From: Vermamoeba vermiformis | Taxonomy: Eukaryota | Length of the DNA: 64,000 bases | Reading direction: 5' to 3' | Assembly (NCBI GenBank): GCA_045837725.1 | Contig: JBEWZL010000202.1 | Coordinates: forward strand, 1 to 64,000 | The notes under the pieces: generated by a model | Seen by the model: the letters and a program-made list of their open reading frames with translations, nothing else | The model's database searches: none | What the model was told of the DNA's origin: nothing | In this document: in pieces, positions 50,018 to 60,745 of the stretch | Numbering within the stretch: position 1 is the first letter of the stretch | Layout of the letters: the number at the start of each line of letters is the position of its first letter | Program-made: the position numbers and the translations under genes

Positions 50018-52311
50018 ATGGAGTTAATAGAGCCTGTTTGGTTCACTTTGACAGCGCTGCACGATCTGATCAAGTAAGCGATAAAAATTTAATTTATTTC
50101 ACGGCAACGTAATATTATCCTATTAATACCACATCGATAGTATTAATTTATCATCAATTATTGTAATAAAATTAAGCGTTCTTATTATTTAACGAATTAT
50201 CGGAAATTAACGCTGGATTTGGTCTTTTAATTTGCACGCACTAATTCAACGTGATATTCACAGATCAAATAAAGATATCGGCGGCGAAGTCGAGGGGTTG
50301 CAAGAGACTGTTCAGCTCGTCGAAATGGCGGTGAAACCGTTGTTGGCTCAAGCAGACAATACCGAGTGTCAAGTACGGATCTGGCCTAAAAAGTATTTAA
50401 TTATTGACCAATTAATTATAGGAGCTATTAAACACTGTAAATATCACTCTAGAGGGTGCAAAGAACGCCTTGCAACGAATTGAAAACTCAAGAAAGAACA
50501 AAAAAGGCTTTTTTTCTCTTCAATTCTTTCGCGGATCCAAAGACATTGAAGAACTGAAGAGCTATCAAGTAATATTGTCGATATAGGTGCTATATAATAC
50601 CATATACTAATATGGCAATTGCTTTTAGGAGAAATTGAAGTCTTTGACGCCAATTTTATCGTTAGCGATTTCATCGCACGTTAAAAAGCAGCAAAGCAAA
50701 GAAGAGAGCAATAATAATAACAATAATATTAATAATAACACCAATGATAACTCACTGGCCTTGAAAGTTCTGAAGCACGATGACGCTAAAAAATTTTGGA
50801 CAGAACATTTTGGCGAGGTAAACTATTAATATAACTTATAATTATATGCTTATATGTATTTATATAGGCATTTAGTGTCCCGTGGCAACGATTCAAGTAA
50901 GTTGAAGTCAAAATGAGTGTCCGTCAGATTTTCTAATTTTTGTTTTCAGAGCCGCATTTGCCCATGAATATGTGCACGGCAAACAATATTACAACGATAA
51001 GAACGAATTAATACCCGAAGATACAGCAGTGAAGTTGTTGAAAGATAAATTGGATCCCGAAAGATGTGGCGAGGTCAATATTTACGAGCTTGCCAAATAC
51101 ACCAAAGACACGGACTTGATGGGCTCATTCAACAATATGATTAAGACTGCCACCCCTGGTATGTACCAACGACTATTTCCTAATATAGTAATTACAATGC
51201 TGATATTTGTTCGTGTCAAAGTGTCACCAAACAGTTCCAAAAAGCGAAAGATCGATGAAGTAGATTCGGAGTCAGTTCCCACCCAATTAGACGAGCCAAT
51301 CGAACAACCACCTGCCAAAAAAGGAAAATTGATGCCACCACCACTGAGTCCTTCAACAAAAAAACCACGCAGCCCTCAAAGGTCACTCTTTCCGCCCAGT
51401 ACGCCATCGATAGCATTGATCGAACCAAACTCGGACCACGCCAAGCTGTTAGCGAGTGGCGGCGTGAGTGAAAGCGACGCTGATTATCAGTTGAATCTGA
51501 TTGGCGACAGCGACATTGTGACGCGCAAAGAGTGTGCGAGTGAGTGTTTGACTGATACTCTATTAGTTTAAATTAACGTTAACGATTGTTTGTATAGATA
51601 TTTTGACTGTTAATAGGAAGAAAGAAGATCCGCCACTGGTGTTAGGACGAATGTTCTTTGAAAAAGTAGGTCTTATTGTTATTATCGGATCCAATCATCT
51701 AACAATATTTTGAAAATAGCTGCCTAAAGAGTTCTTAGTGCGTATTAGTCGAGCACATTGTGAATTAAGCAGCGCCACCGACGAGCAAGGTCAAACGCGT
51801 TATTTTGTAACGGATCGGAGTGGAAATGGAACTTACGTGAATGGAAAGCTCGTTGGACGAGATAACAAAGTAGAAATATTACATAATCAAAATATTACTA
51901 TTCTCAAGTCACCGGACATAGATTTGCATCACATCCAGTTAGGGTAAGAAAAAAACGAATTGTAACGAGTTGGATCTAACTTATCCATGCAGATATAAGT
52001 TTAAAAATTTGAAGGTCGGTCGTTCAGCAGCAAAGAAGTTCAATTTTGATGCAAATTTATCAGAAAACAGCAATATAGACGCTAAAACAAGCAAGTTGTT
52101 CCGATCTGCTTCAACACCTGACTTCTCGAATGCCTCGAAGCAAATTGGCAACTTAAAATCAACTATCAATGCTATATCAGCCTTTAAGAAGGGTCTTAAG
52201 CCTAGTCCCGAAGACCCTCGCGAAATTGCATCAGATCCACTCAATTCTACAATAGAAAACTCCTTTGATACCCAATCATCGAGCTCTAATTCTAATAATA
52301 CTTCCGAGTAA
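50018..52311 (+). CDS. helical bundle + Cbl EF-hand-like + FHA domain protein
   Basis: AKKFWTEHFGE.FSVPWQRF..LKDKLD...GEVNIYE (Cbl EF-like); LGR..ISRAHC..DRSGNGTYVNG (FHA); multi-exon. Confidence 0.8.
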
Positions 52312-52433
52312 TATATAGACAATATTAAATGTACATTTAACTCGAATTAAACCTCTTGTAATTATAGTTTAACTTCCGAGTTGCAGATTTGATTTTCATT
52401 TTTTCAACGAGCGATTGTAAGTCCACAACAAAT

Positions 52434-52577
52434 ATGGGCAAGAAGCTGATACAATTTTGGATGACTATACGACAATACGTGCTCGGTCCGATGTTCGTGG
52501 GCATTGCTCTTGGCGTTGGTCTCTCATTGGGTCGATCGCTGTTCTTAAGGACGAGAAGATTTTTAGAACAAAATTAA
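52434..52577 (+). CDS. 47-aa single-pass membrane microprotein
   Basis: GC-richer ORF in AT-rich flanks; Gly-rich TM YVLGPMFVGIALGVGLSLG with basic flanks. Confidence 0.55.
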   Translation: MGKKLIQFWMTIRQYVLGPMFVGIALGVGLSLGRSLFLRTRRFLEQN

Positions 52578-53020
52578 TAACACTCTATATTTATATGCAC
52601 GCGAGTATATATAACGGCATTCATGTAAGTCCTTTAGATCTTCAACGAAAATTAGAATTATTTAAAAATAATTAATATTTATTTCTAGTCTTGCCTGCGA
52701 TGAATTTCAGCATTTGTCTTGAATATAATTATATTTGGAGCAATTTAAAATTGTTCTTGTAAATAAACTCAGTATATCCTTCGAACTATCCCATCTGAGC
52801 TCAGAACGACCAGATCGAGGCTAATATTTAATTTGGAAGCTATTAAGTAAGATCAACAAATTAATTGATAATCAGCAAAAGTTAATCTTTGAGCTCACTA
52901 GTGCATAGCGGATATTTCCCGCCATTATTAAATAATTTCGAACGCCATTTTGTTAAATCAGTAGTTTGTAATTTGTATATATAGACCACTAGTATCGTGT
53001 ATATAGTAGCATTGTTGAAT

Positions 53021-54276
53021 ATGAGTACAGACCTAGCCTTACAATCAACGCACGAGCCAGATCCAGAACAAGAATACGTGCTCGGTATTGACGAAGCCGG
53101 ACGTGGTCCTATTTTAGGTATAATTATTTAATATTATATGTTATATTAATATGCGTATGATCAATGATAACAAATTAATCACGCTTGAATAAAAAATATT
53201 ATTTATTTTCATGATCACCAGATTTTAATGGAGCAATTAATATAGGTCCTATGGTCTATGCGTGCGCATATTATGCTAAGCCCGATACAGCTAAATTTAC
53301 TAAGCTTGGTTTTATGGGTAAGGATCTGGATCAAACTAATAACTTTTTATCGACTACTTACCCTTCTAATTCTATTGGTATTGGTTAGACTCCAAACAAT
53401 TGTCTGAAGAAAAAAGAGACCAATTATTCGAGAAAATCAAAACTTCAACCGCAGTCAAGATCGGATGGCACGCACTCGTCTTGTCTGCTGAAGAATTGTC
53501 GCATAAAATGTTAAATACGTAAGCAGTATCATACTATTACTATATTGTATCATATTCTAACGCTCTATTCAGCACGAGAGTCAGTTTGAATGAAATTTCT
53601 CATGATGCAGCGATGAGTTTGATCGAATTAACGCTTAAAAAGGGCTTTAAAGTCACCGAGGTAATCACTATAACAGTACATATATTGTTTACACTAAGCT
53701 AATCGTTTCCAAAAGGTGTTTGTCGATACAGTTGGAGATCCTGAAAAGTACCGCCGAAAGTTGCGTTACAAGTTCCCCGAGATCGACATAACAGTGAGCA
53801 AGAAAGCAGACTCGTTATATCCCTCTGTCTCTGCGGCCAGTATTTGCGCTAAAGTGACGCGAGATCACGTACTGGCACACTGGCAATTCACTGAAAAGAA
53901 CTTGCATGCTTCAACGGAGTTTGGCAGCGGTTATCCGAGTGGTAAGTGCTTTAATATACTCTAGTGCAATTCTAAGTATTCCTTTGTTGCAGATCCGAAG
54001 ACTAAGCAGTGGATCAAGGAAAATATTGATAAAGTGTTTGGATTTCCTAATTTGGTTCGATTCAGCTGGAAACCTTGTCAGCGCGCATTGGATAAGCACG
54101 CGTACCCTGTTAAATGGTATGTACTTTGCATTACAATTATCGAGCGGTTACTAATGAAGTTGAATAGGACGCAATTTGACGAGTCGGATGGAGATGAGAC
54201 TCAACAGCGACTGACTTTCTCAACGAGATATCGATTCTACTCTGAAAATAATATGGAAATTGTAAATGACTTCTAA
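53021..54276 (+). CDS. RNASEH2A: ribonuclease H2 subunit A
   Basis: [67 protein letters not shown]. Confidence 0.96.
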
Positions 54277-54438
54277 ATTCTGTTTTATTATAATAAGCCG
54301 TTTGGTTTTTTTGTTTTGGATCGCGATCATTTTTATTTGTTGAATCGTAACAGTGACAACAAGTGCTCGTTAATTAATAGTAGTAACACCTTTCAGTTCA
54401 TATTATAATACGAGAGTCATCTTATCGATACAGCAAAC

Positions 54439-56066
54439 ATGTCTGGTAAGTTATAACGCGTTCGATCGTGACTAACGCTGATCTTGTAATTGAACAAAAA
54501 ATACGATTGTCTTGATATTCCGATATTATAGCATAATAGCACAATATTTTTAACAAAATTTGAATTTACTACGATACGATCTCATCTGGATCGCAGATTA
54601 AAATCGAAAAAAATCAAAAATTAATTTGTAATAATCATTTAACGATTGTAAATAGCCACAAAAAAGAATATTAAGGCTACTCAATCACCCAAGAGCCAAA
54701 AGACCCCTACCAAGCCAAAAGAAAAGACACCGAAAAAAATCGTTCAAGATGCCGAGCCTGAGGTCGATGAAGGCGAACAAATGAATATCGTCAACGACAA
54801 CATTCCTGCCAATGCTGTCCCTCCACAACACTCACTTCGTATTCGCTACAAAAGTCGCAAACTGATCGTGCGTGTCACGCTGCACAAGATCCCTGAAAAG
54901 TGCCTCAATTTTGAGCCGACAGCGACTCATTTCTACTTGGACACATTCAAATTCACCAAGAAGTATTACTTGCAGTACGTATTGAGCGGATCTATATGCA
55001 TAGGACCTTATTTAACAAATTTTCAGTTTCCGTTACCCGCGTGATATCGAAGTGGATGCAGAGAATGTTGACGCGACATTAGGTACGAAATACTAGTACT
55101 AATATAGAGGTGCATGGTATATAATACTAATGCTATTTATCTCCTAGAGTACGGTATTCTCACAGCTATCTTCCCCATCACGCACATTACAGATCTGCAC
55201 GAAGGTGAGGCACCTAAGCCAAAACACAACAACAAGCGCAAACAAGACGATGTATGTATTGATGAAAAGTATATGATAGGGTTATATATTCATCATGATG
55301 TTATTATTAGGCTCAGTTAAAGTCGAAACAAGCAAACAAGAAACAAAAGACCGAGAACGGTGCCGTGACCGAGAAGAGCAACAAAAACAACAAAAAATCA
55401 GCGCAGAATGTCAAAGAAGAAGTGACACCTGTCAAAGAGAACAACGGCAAAGAAACGAAGAAACAGAACAAAACTGTGAAAAAATCAGAAGACGCAATGG
55501 ATCTCGAAGAGTCACACGAGCACACCGAGACTACTGTTAAGAGCAATAAGAAGGCCAATAAGAAACAACAAACTAACGGCGCTGCTAAGAAAACTCAGCC
55601 ACAGAAGACTGTCGATGAAAATGTAAGCGATGACGCCGAAGAACAGCCGCAAGAAAAGAAGAAAAAGCCCAAGAACTTTGTCGTACGTACTGACTTCATA
55701 TTACCAAATAAGGAAATAATTAACTAACGCTATTTGTAGAACGATTCAGTGATGCTCGACATTGCGGATCAGATCAACGACGCCGAGGACAAGAAACGAG
55801 CGAGTAAAATCACCAAAGAAGAGTCCAAACAACAATTCTTCGAGCAACAGGCCAAGAAGAAAGAAGAAAAGAAACAAAAACAAGCCGCGCTGAAGAAACA
55901 AGTGTTGGATCAAGTGATGCACAAGAAGAAGCAAGTGCAGCAAGAGGAAGAAGAGCTCGAGCACAAAGTCGTCACTCGTCGCGTGTCATTCGGCGACAAT
56001 GTCAAGGACAACGAGAAGAAATCGAGCAACGGCAAGGCTGGCGGCAAGAAAAAGTCCTCTAAGTAA
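54439..56066 (+). CDS. Lys-rich protein with HSP20/CS-like domain and C-terminal RVxF motif
   Basis: FRYPRDIEVDAENVDATLEYGILTAIFP (CS/alpha-crystallin-like); K/E-rich tail; RRVSF. Confidence 0.65.
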
Positions 56067-56350
56067 CACAACTAGATCGAGAATTGGAACAAATAAAAAT
56101 TGAAGTTCTCACGGAGGAAATCAGCTTTAATCCGCTGAATGGTCAGTGTCATAGGTAATGAAAAAAACTAGCGAGTCAGCTCATCCGCTCGGAAAATAGG
56201 AATATCTCGATATAGATATTTTGTGCTCGCGAACACACTGACATGGCGGCATCATTCCGAGTTTTCAATCCTGGTCCTTATTATAGCTCAAAAGAGAAAG
56301 TGATTTTAAAATTTACTATTAATACAAGTAGACTAGGCCTATTAATAATT

Positions 56351-56920
56351 CTAGTCAGTCAAGCTCATCGCCTCTTTATAATTGGTTCCAGTTTTCAGCG
56401 CCGTAAATGCACGTGAGTATTTAGAAAAAGTGTAGACGGAGAGTGCAAAACCGTCAGTCAATGCTGCAGTGATTTCTGCGGCTCGTTGTTGCGGAATGAA
56501 CATGCTCGCTGAAAAGCCGTATTCTCCGTCCGACGGATCCATATAGAAGTGGCCGCTAACACGTCAAAGTTAATAATTCATATGGAAAGGTTTAATATAT
56601 GAGCAAACATACAGCTGCAGGCCCCAATTAACCGCGTTGATGAACCTCATGGCATTATCCCGGTGTTTTTCAGCAACTTTATCGCTGGACACCATTCGAA
56701 TTTGTAGAAAATCGTCGTCAGCAGCCAAACACGCCACGCAGTCCTCGAAGGGGATGAATGTTTTGCGCCCTCTTTTCTCGACTCTCAATTTTTTCAACTC
56801 CACAAAGTCATCAATGCACTTCGCCGTTATCTGGGCCTGCTTGTCGTCTTTAGACGCAATGTTTGCCAGCTCTTTGAGCAGCTTGGCCAGCATTTGAGGG
56901 TCAATATCGCCTGAGTTCAT
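56351..56920 (-). CDS. stand-alone YbjN-like domain protein
   Basis: Exons 56920-56613 and 56555-56351; RFINAVNWGLQLGHFYMDPSDGEYGF matches the YbjN N..G.F..D..DGE pattern. Confidence 0.65.
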
Positions 56921-57117
56921 CTTCGGATGTGCTTGGAATAAAAAAGTTTAAGAATTAGCGGCAATTCTCCGCAAAGTCACTTTTAGCGTTTGTGCGCTTG
57001 TTTCTAATTGGTTGAACCAAATTTCTCGTGTTCCAATTGGTCGTCATAGGGAAATAAATCGAAAAAAAAAGAATCAAGGAATAAATCCATTTAGATCTCA
57101 ATACCACAATTCATAAT

Positions 57118-58448
57118 ATGGGCAATAAAATTGCATCTTATGCAGTAGCAGATATTGCAAAAGAATTCAACGTTAAAATTCCTCCTTTGACTTACCCCGA
57201 CAACAACACTGCAAGAACTGAAACCACCATTAGTTCCAATCAATATGCCTGCAGGTTCGTGATATCGTTCAACAACAAGACTCAAGTCCTGCAGTATTTG
57301 TTCTATTACGCGAACAAATTCCCTCAGCAATCTTTTCAGACCTTGGCGAGGTACGTCGCGACCCAAAACTTTAAGCACAAGGTTGGCGTGCTAGAATTCG
57401 ACGAGCGCGACGGAGAACTCGCGTTGAGAATGGCATTTGTCGTCAAAGGATACGGCAGCACCGTCGAGAACCGGACAAGATTCACTAAAAACTTCAAACT
57501 CGGCGTTCAATTCGTCGATGAAGTCTGGCAACAATTGACAAACTTATTTAGCGTAAGTCTATATACCTTGTAATCTACTAATATAAGCAGGTGTTAATAA
57601 CTTGTTAATTAAAGCAAACTGTCGTTACCATTGGTGGCCAGGAATCTCACGACGGTTTAATTCTCGACGAAAGTTCCATCGAAATTGGCGACAAACTCGG
57701 CGAGGGCGGTATGGGCGTGGTATATCATGGCAAGTGGCTCGGCGTCAATGTGGCCATCAAACGCATTCGTCCTCAACTTCAAGGCAGTGAGAGCAGTTTT
57801 TTCAAAGAGATGGATGTCATGCGCAAACTGCGTCATCCGAACACGGTCATATTGTACGGCATTTTGCTCAATCCGCTGACACTCGTGATGCCGCTGTACT
57901 CGAGTGGCAGCTTGGACCAGTTGATCGAGCAAATAACTAATGGCACCAAGGACGTCAACATTCAACGACGTCGCAGCATGTTGCTCGACATGGCACGTGG
58001 CATGGCATACATTCACTCCTTGGAGCTGATTCACGGTGATTTGAAGCCACAAAATGTGTTGATTACCGAGAATGGTAACGTGGTGGTGTCTGACTTCGGC
58101 TTGGCCAAGTTGCGCGTCAAATCGAAAGAGTGGAGTGCGCTGTTGGCTGATCGCAATGCCACGATGCTGCAGTCAGCTGACGGCATCACACCACTCTTCG
58201 CGGCACCAGAGATGTTTGAAGGAAAGCTCTCTCGGCGCTCAGACGTGTACGCCTTTGGATTAATCGCTTGCAACCTGTTGTTCCCTCAGATGGACTTGCT
58301 CTCCGTGCGCAGGAACTTCGTGTTGCCTGCGAATGCAAATCTTAGCGCGGCTTACGTAGACTTGTTAGGCAAGTGCCTCAGCTTCGATGTCAACAACCGA
58401 CCCTACTTTCCGCAGATAGTGAAGGTCTTGGAGGAAAATGAACCTTGA
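57118..58448 (+). CDS. YbjN-like domain + TKL-type protein kinase
   Basis: Exons 57118-57552 and 57615-58448; N-domain QNFKHKVGVLEFDERDGEL; kinase GEGGMG, VAIK, HGDLKPQN, DFG, APE, SDVYAFG. Confidence 0.88.
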
Positions 58449-58671
58449 ATGGGAAGTTAAATTCAATTGTTGTATTTGTAGATTATTATCGATTTTTTAA
58501 ATATTTCAAGATCTAATTTTTGCCGTATTTTTCCTTCAACTTCCTAAATTATAACTAAAATAATTATTGATTTAACAAATTATAATTTTAAGAAAAAAGC
58601 AGTACCGGTTACCTATGGATTCAGATGCTTTGATTTCCACGTGGATAGAACAGTATTTAATCATACAATAA

Positions 58672-58737
58672 GATGACAGCCTTTTGTTCGCTTGGCTTGT
58701 GTTTGCGAGCACGAACGATCAATTACGAGTTTTATTG
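58672..58737 (+). repeat. degenerate direct repeat copy A (hairpin-forming)
   Basis: gatgaca..tgttcgcttgg..cttgtgtttgcgagcacgaacgat aligns with 60538-60617. Confidence 0.7.
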
Positions 58738-58774
58738 GACTTCGTTCCTTTTAGAAACACCCGTCACCCAAAAA

Positions 58775-60492
58775 TTAATAATAACAATGCGGCAGTTTGG
58801 GAATAATGTTCTGTCGGATGTACTCTTGCTCGTCGCTTTGAACCACTAACTTTTGCAACCGAGTAAGCTTTGTTAAACACTCGAGAGACTGCACATTGTT
58901 CGTTGAATATTCTAAGCGAGTTAAATTCAGCAGTGGAGTGAGTTTGCTCCCGTCGCCAGGTTCTGGTTCAGATTTGATGGACAATTGACGTAACTTGGTC
59001 AAACTGGCCAGATCTGTCCAATTTTTGAGTGCTTGGTATGACTTATTATTAGCGATGAATATTAGCCTCGTTAAATTTGTGAGTGTTGATAGGCCATGAA
59101 TTTCTATCATAGGTGGTCGTTTCAATAAACTGCTGATTTCCAATTCGAGCAAGTTTGTCAAATTCATGATGTTAATACGATCATAACATCCACTCATTCG
59201 CAAAACTGTTAATTTTTGTAACGCTTCAAAATCGAGCTGTTCGTTAAAAGTGTTTGATACTGCTTCGATGCTGAGATCTGCCAAATTTGGAAGTCCTGCC
59301 ATCCATTGTGTGGGACACGTGTCATAAAGTAATATCAAGTTCGTTAATGCTGTGAGTGGCACCGGATATGGTTCAATTTTGCTGGTCAAAGTCAGCTTCA
59401 TAGCCACCAAGTTAGTAAACTTAGCAAATTCACTGAAATTATCCTCCGTTGCCTTGATCGTCAACTGCGTAATTTTCTCAGAATTGATCTTCGACAGCAC
59501 TTTCATAGCACAGTTGTCATCTCTGATCATACACGATTCTAACGACTGCATCACATTCATATCAACATCTTCCAAATCTATTCGGTGGCACTTCAATGAC
59601 TTCAACTTTGCTAATTTGCTCGTCACTGTTATCGGTGGATGACTGTCCAGACATATCACCTGCAGTGCGGTCAGACACTTGAATTCCCAATCGCGGTGAA
59701 ACCTACTAGTGCTGAGCTCTTCTAAATATGGCAAAAATGCCGCCATCTCTTTGTCCATCTCTTCGTCAGCTGCGCCTATGGAGCCACGTCTCAGTTTTCG
59801 TAAATTTGGAAGTGCTTGGATTAAATCGGGATCGTAACAACTTGTCGTAAGTGATGTCAATCTCGTGTTGAGCTCAAGTGACTTTCCATCAGTGATGACT
59901 ATAGTATCGCAATTGAGTTTTTCCAAATTGGGAGGAAATCTCGTCGCTATATGTAACGTAGGGGCTGACAGTGAAGTCAGATGTGACAGACTTGCAAGGA
60001 ACGCTTTATCTGCAATTTTGTCTACAACTGTCAATTGTTGAAGATTTGTCAATTGTTTTGGAACTTTAAAGTCTTGAAGGGATAGATCCAACGACGTGAG
60101 TTGAGTCAGATTCTCGATCGCGCGCCTGAGTTGATTTTTGGTGATTAATTTTGCATTCGGAGGCGAATTGCGGTTAAATAAATGCGATGATTTCATAAAT
60201 TTGAGACCAATTGGCTTTTCATATCGACTGAAACATCGAAAAAATTCGTCAGTTTCAGATCCAAGCAAAAGTCCAATGTTAAACTCGTTGTAATTGATAT
60301 ATTGGCTCCAAGTTTGTGATACGAGCCTGATAATGCGTTTGTGATGATCGCTAGTGATAAACGAAAGGATGTGGTGTTGAGTTTCGGGTGGTAGATCTGA
60401 CAATAATAATTTTTCCTAGCCATTAAATCATAGTTAATTGAGAGCGTCTCAAACAATATGTAACATACGTGATGGTTGGCATTATTATCCAT
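58775..60492 (-). CDS. F-box/LRR protein
   Basis: Exon 1 MDNNANHH (60492-60469), exon 2 from 60415; F-box LSDLPPETQHHILSF..IRLVSQTW followed by LxxLTxL repeats. Confidence 0.85.
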
Positions 60493-60537
60493 TTTACTTT
60501 TTTTCTTGAGCGGATTTGGGTCAAAATCAAGATATAG

Positions 60538-60617
60538 GATGACAAGCTTTTAGTGTTCGCTTGGAGCTATGTCCACTTGTGTTGGCAAGAACGAACGATT
60601 ACATTAAGTATTTACTG
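60538..60617 (+). repeat. degenerate direct repeat copy B (hairpin-forming)
   Basis: gatgaca..tgttcgcttgg..cttgtgttggcaagaacgaacgat aligns with 58672-58737. Confidence 0.7.
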
Positions 60618-60745
60618 TCACTGTATGTCGTTCATTCGTTTGCTGTAAAGAAATAAAATCTCGTTTGTTAGAGATTTCCGTTGATCTAGGTTGATTTCCA
60701 TGATTTTCTTCTTCCAGCGAACGCTACTGGTCCGGGAACCAACAA

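Noticed and set aside
56143-56242. gtcagtgt/acactgac inverted repeat as a structured RNA
   Set aside because: Only 8 bp with no further support; expected by chance
58672-58737. SECIS element
   Set aside because: ATGA is present but SECIS core geometry and the apical AA are not, and no in-frame TGA was seen in adjacent genes
7153-60492. Cluster of cullin substrate receptors (DCAF11, KCTD9, LRRC58-like, F-box)
   Set aside because: Spread over 50 kb among unrelated genes; these classes are common, so co-occurrence is plausibly chance
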